From positions 1-64,000 of the forward strand of contig JAEOTR010000084.1 in the NCBI GenBank assembly GCA_016839705.1: a DNA stretch of 64,000 nucleotides, written 5' to 3'. Of this stretch, positions 31,018 to 41,094 are shown piece by piece. Under the pieces are notes generated by a model. The model did not search any database and was not told where the DNA came from. It saw nothing but the letters and a program-made list of their open reading frames with translations. Origin of the DNA: Promethearchaeota archaeon. Lineage in GTDB: Archaea; Asgardarchaeota; Lokiarchaeia; Sigyniarchaeales; SOKP01. The first letter of the stretch is position 1; each line of letters starts with the position of its first letter. A program made the translations under genes and the position numbers.

Positions 31018-32256
31018 ATGTCTTCTGAAAGTTCTGATATAATCGACGTGTTTTCTAAGTTTTTAGATCCGAAATTAACAAAGGTTAATAAATTACACTC
31101 AATTGATGATGTATTAAAATTACCAATTCACTCATATAAGTTTGTAGATAAAGAAGAATCAACTATAATGAAACAGTTACTAGAGATTTCTAGTATAGGG
31201 GATGCTTCTAAACTGAATAAGGAAAATCCTTTTGAAAGTCTGATTAAAATAGAAGAATCAGACGAATCTTTAGAATTGACGGAGAACTTGAAGAAAAAGA
31301 TTGAAGCGTTAAAAAAAAAATACCCAACCTTAGAAAAAACATTGAAAAAAACAATTACAATAAGCTCACTCATTTCAAGTGTTAATAAAGAAAAAGAAGG
31401 AATAGAAGTAATAGGACAAAAAGTTCTCGTGGCAGGACTCGATGAAGCAGGCAAAACCGCTACACTTTCAAAATTCGGTGGCCGACTAGGTATTACTGAT
31501 ACTATTGCAACACACCCAACAAGAGGAGTTGTTCGGATGAAATTTGGGAGTTCCAATTTGAACTTATACATTTGGGATCTAGGAGGGCAGGAAGAATATC
31601 GTGAAAGGTATTTAAGCAATCCAGAGCAATATTTTATTCAATTAGATTTACTCCTCTATGTAATTGATGTGCAAAACCCAGACCGATTCGATGAATCTCT
31701 CGAATACTTTGATGGAATCCTTGATTCAATAATAATGTTAGAAGAAAAACCTTACATTTTAATTTTCATCCATAAATTTGACCCAGATATTAAAGGGGAC
31801 CCAAAGATTCAGCTAAATGTTGAACTATTGAAGGATAATTTAAACGAACTTATTAAAGGCAAGGATTATGATTTTGATATTGAGATCTATTTAACATCTA
31901 TATATTCGATGATTTCCCGTGAACCACAATTTGCTAAATATCTTAAAAATCTCATGAGCTCACATTATTCCCTTACAGATCCAACAGTTAAGAAAGTTGA
32001 AGGTCTTGGAAAAACTTTAGAAGAAACTCTTAATGCGGTTATTCGTTTATCAGAAAGCATTTCTTCACAGTTAAATGATCTTGATAGTCGTCTTCGTGCC
32101 TTAGAGGCGGGTGCATTCCAAGCGGCTCAAAGTGGATTACCTTTGGAAATATCTAATCCTTCCCAAAGTACATCTAGACAAGAGGGAAATGCAAGATTAA
32201 ATGTTCTCAATGAATTAAAAGATCTTTTTAGCAAGAGAAAAAGCCTAGACCTTTAA
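31018..32256 (+). CDS. Arf/Rag-like small GTPase with N-terminal extension and C-terminal coiled coil
   Basis: GLDEAGKT, PTRG, WDLGGQEEYR, HKFD, TSIY. Confidence 0.88.
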   Translation: MSSESSDIIDVFSKFLDPKLTKVNKLHSIDDVLKLPIHSYKFVDKEESTIMKQLLEISSIGDASKLNKENPFESLIKIEESDESLELTENLKKKIEALKKKYPTLEKTLKKTITISSLISSVNKEKEGIEVIGQKVLVAGLDEAGKTATLSKFGGRLGITDTIATHPTRGVVRMKFGSSNLNLYIWDLGGQEEYRERYLSNPEQYFIQLDLLLYVIDVQNPDRFDESLEYFDGILDSIIMLEEKPYILIFIHKFDPDIKGDPKIQLNVELLKDNLNELIKGKDYDFDIEIYLTSIYSMISREPQFAKYLKNLMSSHYSLTDPTVKKVEGLGKTLEETLNAVIRLSESISSQLNDLDSRLRALEAGAFQAAQSGLPLEISNPSQSTSRQEGNARLNVLNELKDLFSKRKSLDL

Positions 32257-32258
32257 AA

Positions 32259-32984
32259 CTAATTCTTCCATCTTTTAAAATTGTCTATAATTATCTTGTA
32301 AGTAGCAGATAAGAAGATTATCAAAAATATTAAAATACATATAATTAAATACCAAAAGTGCTCATTTAACATTGAATTTATTTTATGATAATCGATTTCA
32401 TATACGACAAATTGCTCAAAATATGTTACAATTATTTGGAGCAATGGAGACATTAAATAAATTGAAAATAGGAAACCAATTATTCCTAATAGACTTCCAA
32501 TAATCACATCGGTGGGATAGTGAACACCTAATTGAATTCTTGAAAAAGAAACTAAAGCTGCTAATATCAACATTAAAAATGTCATAAATGGTGATTTCAA
32601 AAAATATACTCCGAATAATAATCCATAAGCCATTATATTAAATGAATGCCAAGATGGAAAACTGCGAGATCTTGGTTTTCTTTCAAGAACTATAATCTTG
32701 CCTTCTTCTAATTTTTCAAATGGTCTTTGTCTATTAAAAATTTTTTTAAATACTGCAATAAAAAGCAAACCCGTCAAAAATATCGCAGATATATTAGTAA
32801 GTAAAAAAGGATCATACCAAATAAACAAGAAAAATGCAATTAAAGAAATCCATAAAGTTTCTCTCCCAAAGAAAGATAAACACTTAAAAATGAATGTAAC
32901 TGATTTTCCTCCAAAATTATTATATTTTAAAATTATCTTTTGGTCCCAGGTGTCTACCTTCTTAGGGAAATCTTTAAGTTCCAT
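32259..32984 (-). CDS. PAP2 family phosphatase
   Basis: KKIFNRQRP, SFPSWH, SRIQLGVHYPTD. Confidence 0.92.
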   Translation of the reverse strand: MELKDFPKKVDTWDQKIILKYNNFGGKSVTFIFKCLSFFGRETLWISLIAFFLFIWYDPFLLTNISAIFLTGLLFIAVFKKIFNRQRPFEKLEEGKIIVLERKPRSRSFPSWHSFNIMAYGLLFGVYFLKSPFMTFLMLILAALVSFSRIQLGVHYPTDVIIGSLLGIIGFLFSIYLMSPLLQIIVTYFEQFVVYEIDYHKINSMLNEHFWYLIICILIFLIIFLSATYKIIIDNFKRWKN

Positions 32985-32985
32985 G

Positions 32986-33801
32986 TTATTTATCGGATAG
33001 GTGATTTCTTATTGAATTTAAATATTTATATGCATCTTTTACTTTAGGAATCTGCTTCTCAAAATAATTTAATGAATGTGAATCGGAACCAACAAAGTAT
33101 TTTCCTCCTTCTTTAACTAATTGAGTGATTATTGCTTTTGAAGGAAATGGACGTCCAATTGGAAATCTTTCACCCGAAATATTGTATTCTATCCTTAAAT
33201 TATTCTTTATGCACATTCGTCCTAATTCCAACACTCTTTCTTCCGATATATTACAATCTTTTGTAGGTTTTATATCATTTTCATTAATATAACGGAAAAT
33301 AGTATCGATGTGACAAATATTTTTAAATATTTTTGAATTAACCATCATCTCACATGTCTCAAAATATTCATCAATAATGGTTTTTATCTCTTTTATATCT
33401 AGTAATTTTAATAGCTTTTCCCTCGTTGTGATTGGATAACCTGGAATCCATTCATGAATTGTACCCCCAATGAAATCTAATTCTCTGTTATAATCATCCA
33501 TGAACTCTAATAATTCAATTTCTCTATCTCTGTAGTATTCAACTTCAAGCCCGCTAAATATGAAATCATAAGTTTCTTTCAATTCATCGATCTCTTCAAG
33601 GTAATTATCGATGTTTCCATCAGAGAAAGGATTTGTTTTATCCTCTTCAATCGAATATAGTTCGAAATGGTCAAGGAAACAAACGTTAATTTCATGAATT
33701 TCTGCTAATTTTATATAATCTTCGAAATAAGGCCCGTTTCTGTCAATATCCGTACTCCATTTTGCAGTATGGACATGATAATCAGTGAATTTAAACTTCA
33801 T
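32986..33801 (-). CDS. PHP-family phosphatase (HisJ/HisK histidinol-phosphatase-like)
   Basis: DYHVHT, DH, GLEVE, CHID, GSDSH. Confidence 0.87.
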   Translation of the reverse strand: MKFKFTDYHVHTAKWSTDIDRNGPYFEDYIKLAEIHEINVCFLDHFELYSIEEDKTNPFSDGNIDNYLEEIDELKETYDFIFSGLEVEYYRDREIELLEFMDDYNRELDFIGGTIHEWIPGYPITTREKLLKLLDIKEIKTIIDEYFETCEMMVNSKIFKNICHIDTIFRYINENDIKPTKDCNISEERVLELGRMCIKNNLRIEYNISGERFPIGRPFPSKAIITQLVKEGGKYFVGSDSHSLNYFEKQIPKVKDAYKYLNSIRNHLSDK

Positions 33802-33850
33802 ATTCTAACAAGGTTAATAATTAAGAAAGAGAAATAAAAATAATGATTAA

Positions 33851-35743
33851 CTAATCATCTGAATCTTCTTGGTCAAAAAAAACTTCATAAAAAAGTTCTT
33901 TTTCACCACTTTCTGGAGGTGTTATTTTTGTACGCCCCCCCCGCTGTATAATACGAACAGTGCTTTTGTTCTGAAGATGAATTGTTCCGTAGAATCCCTT
34001 TATTCCTTTTTCTTTTGCGATGATAATTAAATGTTGGTAAAGAAATGTACCGATTCCTTCTCCTCTCCATTTTTCAGATACAATAAAACTGTATTCCGCC
34101 ATGTTTAAAGAAGGGTTAAAATAATATGTTGCGTTTCCTATCATATTCTCTCTCCCAATTTCCCCTGTAAAAGCACCAATAGAGAAAACTTTATCATAAT
34201 CAATATTTACTTCATCTTGAGTCTTAGAATGGGTAAACTCCTTCCTTACTTCAAAAAATCGTAAATATCTATCTGTTTCGTTCAAGGCGTAATATAAATC
34301 TTTAAGTAAGGGTTCATCTGTAGTTTTAACAGGTCTTACTCTAATTTTTTCATTATTCCTGGCAGTGTAAATCGTTTCATATCCAGAAGGATATAAACAT
34401 ATTCGTCCATCTTCGTCACATGGAAGTAATTGATCCGAATAAACATATTTTAATTTTTTTGCTTTGTCCAATAATGATTGTCGAAAGTCTGGATGAGCAA
34501 CACATATCAATTCAAGCACCCTTTCTCTTATCGTTTTCCCATGAAGATAAGCTACACCCCATTCAGTTACAACATAATACACATCTCCACGAGAAAGCAT
34601 TATTCCTGCACCCTCATCTAAATGTGGAACTATTCGTGACTTTTTGCCATCTCTAGATGTTGAAGGCATAATTATGATAGGTTTCCCCCGTTTAGAAAAG
34701 GCTGCTCCCCTCATAAAATCAATCGTTTCTCCTAACCCTGAATAAAATTTATAGCCTTCTGTTGCTGCATTTACTTGTCCAGTAAGGTCTATTTGTCGAG
34801 CAGAATTAATTGAGACCATACTTTTGTTCATTCCAATATTCCTAGGGTTACACACATAATCAGAAGGGAAAAATTCAATATAGGGATTATTATGAACGAA
34901 TTCGTATAATTTTCTAGTACCTAGAGCATAACTCGTAATTATTTTTTCTGGATGAAAATTTTTTTTTCTACAAGTAAGAATGCCCTCTTCGATAAGAGGT
35001 ATGATATTATCTGTAATATAGTGAGAGTGCATTCCAAGGTCTTTTTTATCCTTTAAATATTTTAGTGCTGCATTTGGCAAATCACCAAAACCAATATGAA
35101 TCGTCGATTTATTTTCAATAATATTCGCAAGATTTTTACCAATTCTTTCAGCTATATCATCAGGTTCCTCAAAGAAAAACTCTAATAAAGGTTGATTGTT
35201 ATAAACAAAAAAATCAATTTCTTTCATATGCATAAAACTGTTTCCTAAAGTACGAGGCATTTGAGGATTGATCTCAGCTATAGTTAGATAAGATGATTGT
35301 GCCAAGGTTTTTGCGATATCGACATTAATACCTAAAGAACAAAAACCGTATGGATCTGGGGGGGAGACTTGTATAAGAGCAACATCTATATGTTTTCGAC
35401 CAGTTAAAAATAGTGAAGGTATTTCACTCGCATAAATCGGGGTGTAGTCTGCTTGACCATTATTGATTTCTTCACGAAGATTTGATCCTATAAAAAATAC
35501 ATTATGTCTAAAAAGATCCTCCGCTTTATTTTTAAAATATTTCTCAGGGCCAATTGTTAGAAAGTGAAGAATCTCCGTGTCGATTAACTTCTCTGAATGT
35601 TTAATCAATTCGGTTGTTAATAATTGAGGTTCAGAACATCCAGAATCAATAAAAACTCTATTCCCCGGTATTATTTTCTTTATGGCATCTTCTGCATTGA
35701 TTTGTTTATCCTTCCATTTTTCTCTCCATTTCTCATCTATCAA
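33851..35743 (-). CDS. acetyl-CoA hydrolase/CoA-transferase fused to C-terminal GNAT domain
   Basis: DVALIQVSPPDPYGFCSLG, SINSARQIDLTGQV, DFMRGA, VVTEWG; GNAT WRGEGIGT. Confidence 0.9.
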   Translation of the reverse strand: MIDEKWREKWKDKQINAEDAIKKIIPGNRVFIDSGCSEPQLLTTELIKHSEKLIDTEILHFLTIGPEKYFKNKAEDLFRHNVFFIGSNLREEINNGQADYTPIYASEIPSLFLTGRKHIDVALIQVSPPDPYGFCSLGINVDIAKTLAQSSYLTIAEINPQMPRTLGNSFMHMKEIDFFVYNNQPLLEFFFEEPDDIAERIGKNLANIIENKSTIHIGFGDLPNAALKYLKDKKDLGMHSHYITDNIIPLIEEGILTCRKKNFHPEKIITSYALGTRKLYEFVHNNPYIEFFPSDYVCNPRNIGMNKSMVSINSARQIDLTGQVNAATEGYKFYSGLGETIDFMRGAAFSKRGKPIIIMPSTSRDGKKSRIVPHLDEGAGIMLSRGDVYYVVTEWGVAYLHGKTIRERVLELICVAHPDFRQSLLDKAKKLKYVYSDQLLPCDEDGRICLYPSGYETIYTARNNEKIRVRPVKTTDEPLLKDLYYALNETDRYLRFFEVRKEFTHSKTQDEVNIDYDKVFSIGAFTGEIGRENMIGNATYYFNPSLNMAEYSFIVSEKWRGEGIGTFLYQHLIIIAKEKGIKGFYGTIHLQNKSTVRIIQRGGRTKITPPESGEKELFYEVFFDQEDSDD

Positions 35744-35974
35744 ATTAGGGTTTACCTTTATTGTTGTTTAATCTAAAATCATTGATTTTTTAATTTATAA
35801 AAATTTACTTCAATCTCGTTATTAAATGTATTTTCCTCAATATAATGTTTTTGAAATTATAAATAAAATGTTTAAATTCAATTCATATCTTATTTGATTT
35901 AGAAGTATACTTGTAAGATGAAAATATTAAAAAAATTTAAAGTTATAATTCAAGATTCAAAAGTGTAAAAGACT

Positions 35975-37954
35975 ATGTCTAAAGAAGAAAGAATGGAAAG
36001 CATTCTTACTGAAAATCGTATTTTTAATCCTGTTGACCTTAATCCTGAATACGTTAAAACCGGAATGTCAATGGAAGAATATAAAAAGCTATATAAGCAA
36101 TCGATTGAAGATATGGAAGGATTTTGGGGTGAACAAGCAAAATCTCTTGATTGGTTTAAACCCTATGATAAAGTATGGGAAAAAACGGACTTGTTTCCAG
36201 GAAAGTGGTTTGTTGGTGGAAAACTTAATGTTGCTTATAACTGTTTAGATAGGCATGTGAAAGCAGGAAAAGGAAAGAGGACTGCTCTAATTTGGGAAGC
36301 TGATGAGCCAGGACAAGTTAGAACATATTCTTACGATGAGTTATTAAAAGAGGTTTCAAAGGTTGCGAATGGGATGAAAAAACTTGGGTTAGAAAAAGGA
36401 GATAGAGTTACTATTTGGTTACCCATGATTCCTGAGCTTGCAATAATTATGTTGGCATGCGCTAGAATCGGTGTCATACATTCTATTGTATTTGGTGGAT
36501 TTTCTAAAGAAGCAGTGAAAGATAGAATAAAAGATTCAGATTCTCGACTTCTCTTTACGAGCGATGAAACTGTAAGGGCTGGAAAGTATTATCCTAAATT
36601 AGCTGATGTTGTTAATATCATTGATGATGTTCCAACTATAGAACACATTATAGTTGTAAAGCGATCCGGAAGAGATATACCCCACACAAATAAGGATATC
36701 TGGTATCATGACTTTATCGAAGGGATGAGTGAAGAAAATGAACCTGAAGAAATGGATTCTGAAGATACCTTGTTTATCTTATATACAAGCGGAACTACTG
36801 GTAAACCAAAGGGAGTAAAACATACCACCGCAGGATATATCCTATATACATCATTCACCCATAGAATAGTTTTTAATTATCATGAAGGTGATATTTGGTA
36901 TTGCACTGCGGATATCGGGTGGATCACTGGACATTCTTATATTGTTTATGGACCTCTAGCAAATGGTGCTACAAGTCTAATGTTCGAAGGAGTTCCAACT
37001 TACCCTGAAGTCGATCGGTTTTGGGATATCGTTGAATCCAATAAAGTCACTCATTTCTATACAGCTCCTACTGCAATTAGAGCGTTAATGAGATATGGGG
37101 ATGATCCTGTGAAGAAACACGATGTGAGCTCACTGAAAATCTTAGGAACTGTTGGAGAACCTATAAATCCCGAAGCATGGACGTGGTATCATAGAGTGGT
37201 TGGACAAAATAGATGTCCCATTGTTGATACATACTGGCAAACTGAAACAGGGGGATTTATCATGACACCTATAGCAACCGCAACACCAACCAAACCAGGA
37301 TCTTGCTGTATGCCTTTCTTGGGTATAAAACCAATAATCTTTGACCTTGAAGGAGAAGAAGTCACTGAACCTGATGAGGGGGGATATTTTGCGATGGCCC
37401 AACCATGGCCAGGGATATTGAGAGACGTTTGGGGCAATACTGAGCGATTTAAATCAACCTATCTCGCAAAATATCCGGGATATTATTATACAGGTGATGG
37501 AGCACGACGAGATCAGGATGGTTATTATTGGATTTTAGGCAGACTTGATGATGTTATTAAAGTATCAGGGCATAGAATAGGAACCATGGAAGTAGAATCT
37601 GCTCTTGTAAGTCATCCAAGCGTTGCGGAAGCCGCAGTTGCTCCATTTCCGCATAAAATAAAAGGTCAGGCAATCTGGGCCTACGTAACTCTAATGCAAG
37701 GAGTTGAGAAATCAGCGAAACTATCTAAAGAGATACGTATGCATGTAAGAAATGAAATTGGACCTGTATTCCAACCTGATGTAATTCAATTTGCTGATGC
37801 TTTACCTAAAACGAGAAGCGGTAAGATAATGCGTAGAATCTTAAAAGCTATCGCAGCAGGTACAGATATTGGAAATGTTACAACATTGGCAGATCCATCT
37901 GTAGTAGATACTCTATTAGAAGAACGTAAGAAAATAGACGTTGAAATAGGTTAA
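35975..37954 (+). CDS. acs: acetyl-CoA synthetase (AMP-forming)
   Basis: LYTSGTTGKPKG, TADIGWITGH, YWQTETGG, PKTRSGKIMRR. Confidence 0.97.
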   Translation: MSKEERMESILTENRIFNPVDLNPEYVKTGMSMEEYKKLYKQSIEDMEGFWGEQAKSLDWFKPYDKVWEKTDLFPGKWFVGGKLNVAYNCLDRHVKAGKGKRTALIWEADEPGQVRTYSYDELLKEVSKVANGMKKLGLEKGDRVTIWLPMIPELAIIMLACARIGVIHSIVFGGFSKEAVKDRIKDSDSRLLFTSDETVRAGKYYPKLADVVNIIDDVPTIEHIIVVKRSGRDIPHTNKDIWYHDFIEGMSEENEPEEMDSEDTLFILYTSGTTGKPKGVKHTTAGYILYTSFTHRIVFNYHEGDIWYCTADIGWITGHSYIVYGPLANGATSLMFEGVPTYPEVDRFWDIVESNKVTHFYTAPTAIRALMRYGDDPVKKHDVSSLKILGTVGEPINPEAWTWYHRVVGQNRCPIVDTYWQTETGGFIMTPIATATPTKPGSCCMPFLGIKPIIFDLEGEEVTEPDEGGYFAMAQPWPGILRDVWGNTERFKSTYLAKYPGYYYTGDGARRDQDGYYWILGRLDDVIKVSGHRIGTMEVESALVSHPSVAEAAVAPFPHKIKGQAIWAYVTLMQGVEKSAKLSKEIRMHVRNEIGPVFQPDVIQFADALPKTRSGKIMRRILKAIAAGTDIGNVTTLADPSVVDTLLEERKKIDVEIG

Positions 37955-38108
37955 ATCTATATTTTTTTATATTCTTTATGCCTTTGTTAGGGAACTCAGA
38001 AATTTATTATATTTAAGTTTTATAATTTTATTTTATTTTTTAGGCATGTCAACTCTTTAATAGTTTTTTATTCTTCTTATAAATAGGAATTTTGATAAAA
38101 AGGAAAGA

Positions 38109-39110
38109 TTGATTAAAAAGTTAAAAAATATTGATCTAATGAAATCAATTTTAGTATTTATAGATGGTACTATTTGCGATACAAGGCAGAGACATCATTT
38201 TGGGATAAATACACTAGAATTTAATAAACGTGAAGCAATAATCAAAGATAAGGCTGTAGCTAATAGTGTAAATTGCTTAAATAATCTATCAACTAGATAT
38301 GTGATTGTTTATATTGGGGCAAGACCAAAATTCACAATCGACTCTACGAAAGAATGGTTAGAGAAAGAAGGATTTCCAAAAGGAGATGTGTATTTAGGCA
38401 AAACTAAAAAAGACCGAGTTGAAATAATAAAGAAAATAAATAAGAAGTATAATTTTGTTGCAGGGATAGGTGATCGATGGGATGATAATGAATTGCATTT
38501 AGAAATAGGATGTTTGAGCATTATATTAGAAGAATTTAATGGTAAGTGGGATTTTGTAAGTGATTACATTATGAATTATGAACGGAAAATAAAAATTAGC
38601 CAAAATGAAATCCATTTAAAAGGAAAAATTGAAGGTTTAGCCCGTGTACTACCAAAGCTCCACAATAAATATAGAGATGCAATGTGGGAAGTATATCTCA
38701 ATGCAGTTCTTAAAAAGGCAGAAGAAACCAGGGAAGAAAGAAGAAAAGAAGATCTTGAATTATTTGAAAGATTTAATCTGAATCCTCGAGATTTAAGAGA
38801 TGTGGCAAAATGGGAAAAATCAGTAGATGAAAAAGAATGGGAAATTAATGAGGCTTATGGTTTGCAAGATAAAGAAATAGTAGAAGCAACAAAAAATCGT
38901 TTTGAAATGAAAATAACACGATGTCGATATGCAGAAATTTGGAAAGAGTTTGGTTTTCCTGAAATTGGATATCAAATTCATTGTCGAACAGACATAGCTT
39001 GGTGGGATCGTCCCGTATGGGATCCGAGTGTGCGATTTAAACAGCCAAAAACTCTTATGAAAGGTGACGAATATTGTTTATTTATACAATATAGACCTGA
39101 TGCAGATTAA
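38109..39110 (+). CDS. HAD-like phosphatase domain fused to ATC-hydrolase/V4R-like domain
   Basis: FIDGTICD...GIGDRWDD; C-terminal ITRCRYAEIW...IHCRTD...TLMKGDEYC. Confidence 0.75.
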   Translation: MIKKLKNIDLMKSILVFIDGTICDTRQRHHFGINTLEFNKREAIIKDKAVANSVNCLNNLSTRYVIVYIGARPKFTIDSTKEWLEKEGFPKGDVYLGKTKKDRVEIIKKINKKYNFVAGIGDRWDDNELHLEIGCLSIILEEFNGKWDFVSDYIMNYERKIKISQNEIHLKGKIEGLARVLPKLHNKYRDAMWEVYLNAVLKKAEETREERRKEDLELFERFNLNPRDLRDVAKWEKSVDEKEWEINEAYGLQDKEIVEATKNRFEMKITRCRYAEIWKEFGFPEIGYQIHCRTDIAWWDRPVWDPSVRFKQPKTLMKGDEYCLFIQYRPDAD

Positions 39111-39303
39111 CGTTAATGCAAATCCTAATCAAATAGCACCATACTCTTTAATAATTTTCTAAATCTCATCATTTAATATAACAAATTAATCACTCCTAGT
39201 TTTGAAAATGTAGAAAAACCTTGAATTATTATAACCTTAAATACTTGCTTTTTTTAAAAAAAGATTTTAATTTATCAAAGGCAATGCATTATGGATTCCA
39301 ATC

Positions 39304-41088
39304 ATGAATAAGGATAAGGAAACGAATAAGGGATATCGGAAGTGGCTTTTTAAACACTTATATAAACAATTTCATTTAGTAATACTAGTAATTATTGGGA
39401 TTTTTTTTGTTAGTCTGACACTTACCTTAATTCCGATTATAATCGGTGATATAATTGATAATGTCCTTATTGTACGTGATTTAGCAAATTTATTATTAAT
39501 GTTAGGAATCGGACTTATTGTTTCTCTTCTTTATGCTGTTCTAGATTACGGAGTTATGATGCTCGGACATTTTCTTGGCTTAAAAATTGAAAAAGATATG
39601 AGACAAGAATTTTTTGATACTATTCAATTAAAACCACTAAGTTACCACGATAATGTACGAACAGGTGATTTGCTAGCCCTAGCTACTAATGATGTTCGAG
39701 TAATTAACACAATGGTGGCTCATGGAAGTTTTTTTATTTATCCTTTCATGCAAATTTTTATAACAATATATCTGTTGATTCAGTTCTTAGATTACCGCTT
39801 AGCTTTATTTTGTATACCATTTATTATTAGCTATATCTACTTTGTTTTGGATTATCGTAAAAAACTTTCTCCTTATGTTACTAACCGAATGAAAAAGTAT
39901 TCAAATTTGGCAGTAGTTTTACAAGACTCTATAAGTGGTGCGTCAACTGTTAGGAGCTTTACTGCTGAGAAGCTGGAGCGTAAAAAATTTAGACGCTCCG
40001 TACTTGATTTTAAGAATAATATGATAGGAGAAAATAGAGTTCAAGCTAGGTACTACCCCCTACTTGCACTTAACCTTGTAATCGGCAGCACATTTTTTAT
40101 TGGCTCTATATTTGTTTATCAGAATACTCTATATCCTGGGGATCTAGTTGCAGCAAACTTACTTTTAATAGCACTTCTCGAGCCTACCAGAATGATTCAT
40201 TGGTCTACCAATGATATGATGAGTGGGTTTGCAGCTTGTTCGCGTCTGTATACTTCACTTACTAAAGGAGATAGTGAAAATACTCGTAAAGAGTCTGAGG
40301 AGTGGCCAGAACAATTTAAAGGAAAAATTGAATTCAAAAATATAACATTTATTCATCAAAACGGAAAAGATAACAAACGTCCTACTCTAAATAATTTGAA
40401 TTTTACTATTGAACCATTTCAACGAGTTGCTCTCGTCGGCCCTACAGGATGTGGAAAATCGACTCTTGCGAAGTTAATATTATCTCTTTACACACCCCAA
40501 AAAGGATCGATTCTTTTAGATGGAATAGATATTCAAAATATTCCTCTTGAAACCTTACGTAAACACATTGGTTATATAGAGCAAGAAATTTACCTTTATC
40601 CTAGATCTATAAAGGAGAATATTATGTTTGGAAAACCAGATGCATCTGAAGAAAAAGTATTAAACGCTGCGAAACTCGCTCAAGTAGAGGATTTTGTGAA
40701 GGATTTTCCAAACGATTATAATACTATTGTCGGAGAGCGAGGGACAAGACTCTCTGGAGGAGAAAAACAGCGAATTGCAATAGCACGGGCTTTTTTAACT
40801 GATCCTGCAATTCTTATACTTGATGATTCTGTTTCAGCTGTAGATAGTGAAACAGAAGAAAAAATAGGGCGTGCAATGGAAAATATCTTAAAAAATAGGA
40901 CTACAATAATCATAACTCACAGGTTACATACAATAAGAACCTCTGATAAGATAATTGTCTTAAAACACGGGGAGCTTGTCGCAGAGGGAAGTCATAAAGA
41001 ATTATTACAAAGTTCAGAAGATTACCGCCGAATTTTTGGTAAAAAATTAAGTTTAACAGACTCAAAAATTAAAATAAAGACAGTGTGA
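39304..41088 (+). CDS. ABC exporter, fused TMD-NBD (heterodimer subunit A)
   Basis: TMD, GPTGCGKS, LSGGEKQR, degenerate Walker B LILDDS. Confidence 0.95.
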   Translation: MNKDKETNKGYRKWLFKHLYKQFHLVILVIIGIFFVSLTLTLIPIIIGDIIDNVLIVRDLANLLLMLGIGLIVSLLYAVLDYGVMMLGHFLGLKIEKDMRQEFFDTIQLKPLSYHDNVRTGDLLALATNDVRVINTMVAHGSFFIYPFMQIFITIYLLIQFLDYRLALFCIPFIISYIYFVLDYRKKLSPYVTNRMKKYSNLAVVLQDSISGASTVRSFTAEKLERKKFRRSVLDFKNNMIGENRVQARYYPLLALNLVIGSTFFIGSIFVYQNTLYPGDLVAANLLLIALLEPTRMIHWSTNDMMSGFAACSRLYTSLTKGDSENTRKESEEWPEQFKGKIEFKNITFIHQNGKDNKRPTLNNLNFTIEPFQRVALVGPTGCGKSTLAKLILSLYTPQKGSILLDGIDIQNIPLETLRKHIGYIEQEIYLYPRSIKENIMFGKPDASEEKVLNAAKLAQVEDFVKDFPNDYNTIVGERGTRLSGGEKQRIAIARAFLTDPAILILDDSVSAVDSETEEKIGRAMENILKNRTTIIITHRLHTIRTSDKIIVLKHGELVAEGSHKELLQSSEDYRRIFGKKLSLTDSKIKIKTV

Positions 41089-41094
41089 TATAAA

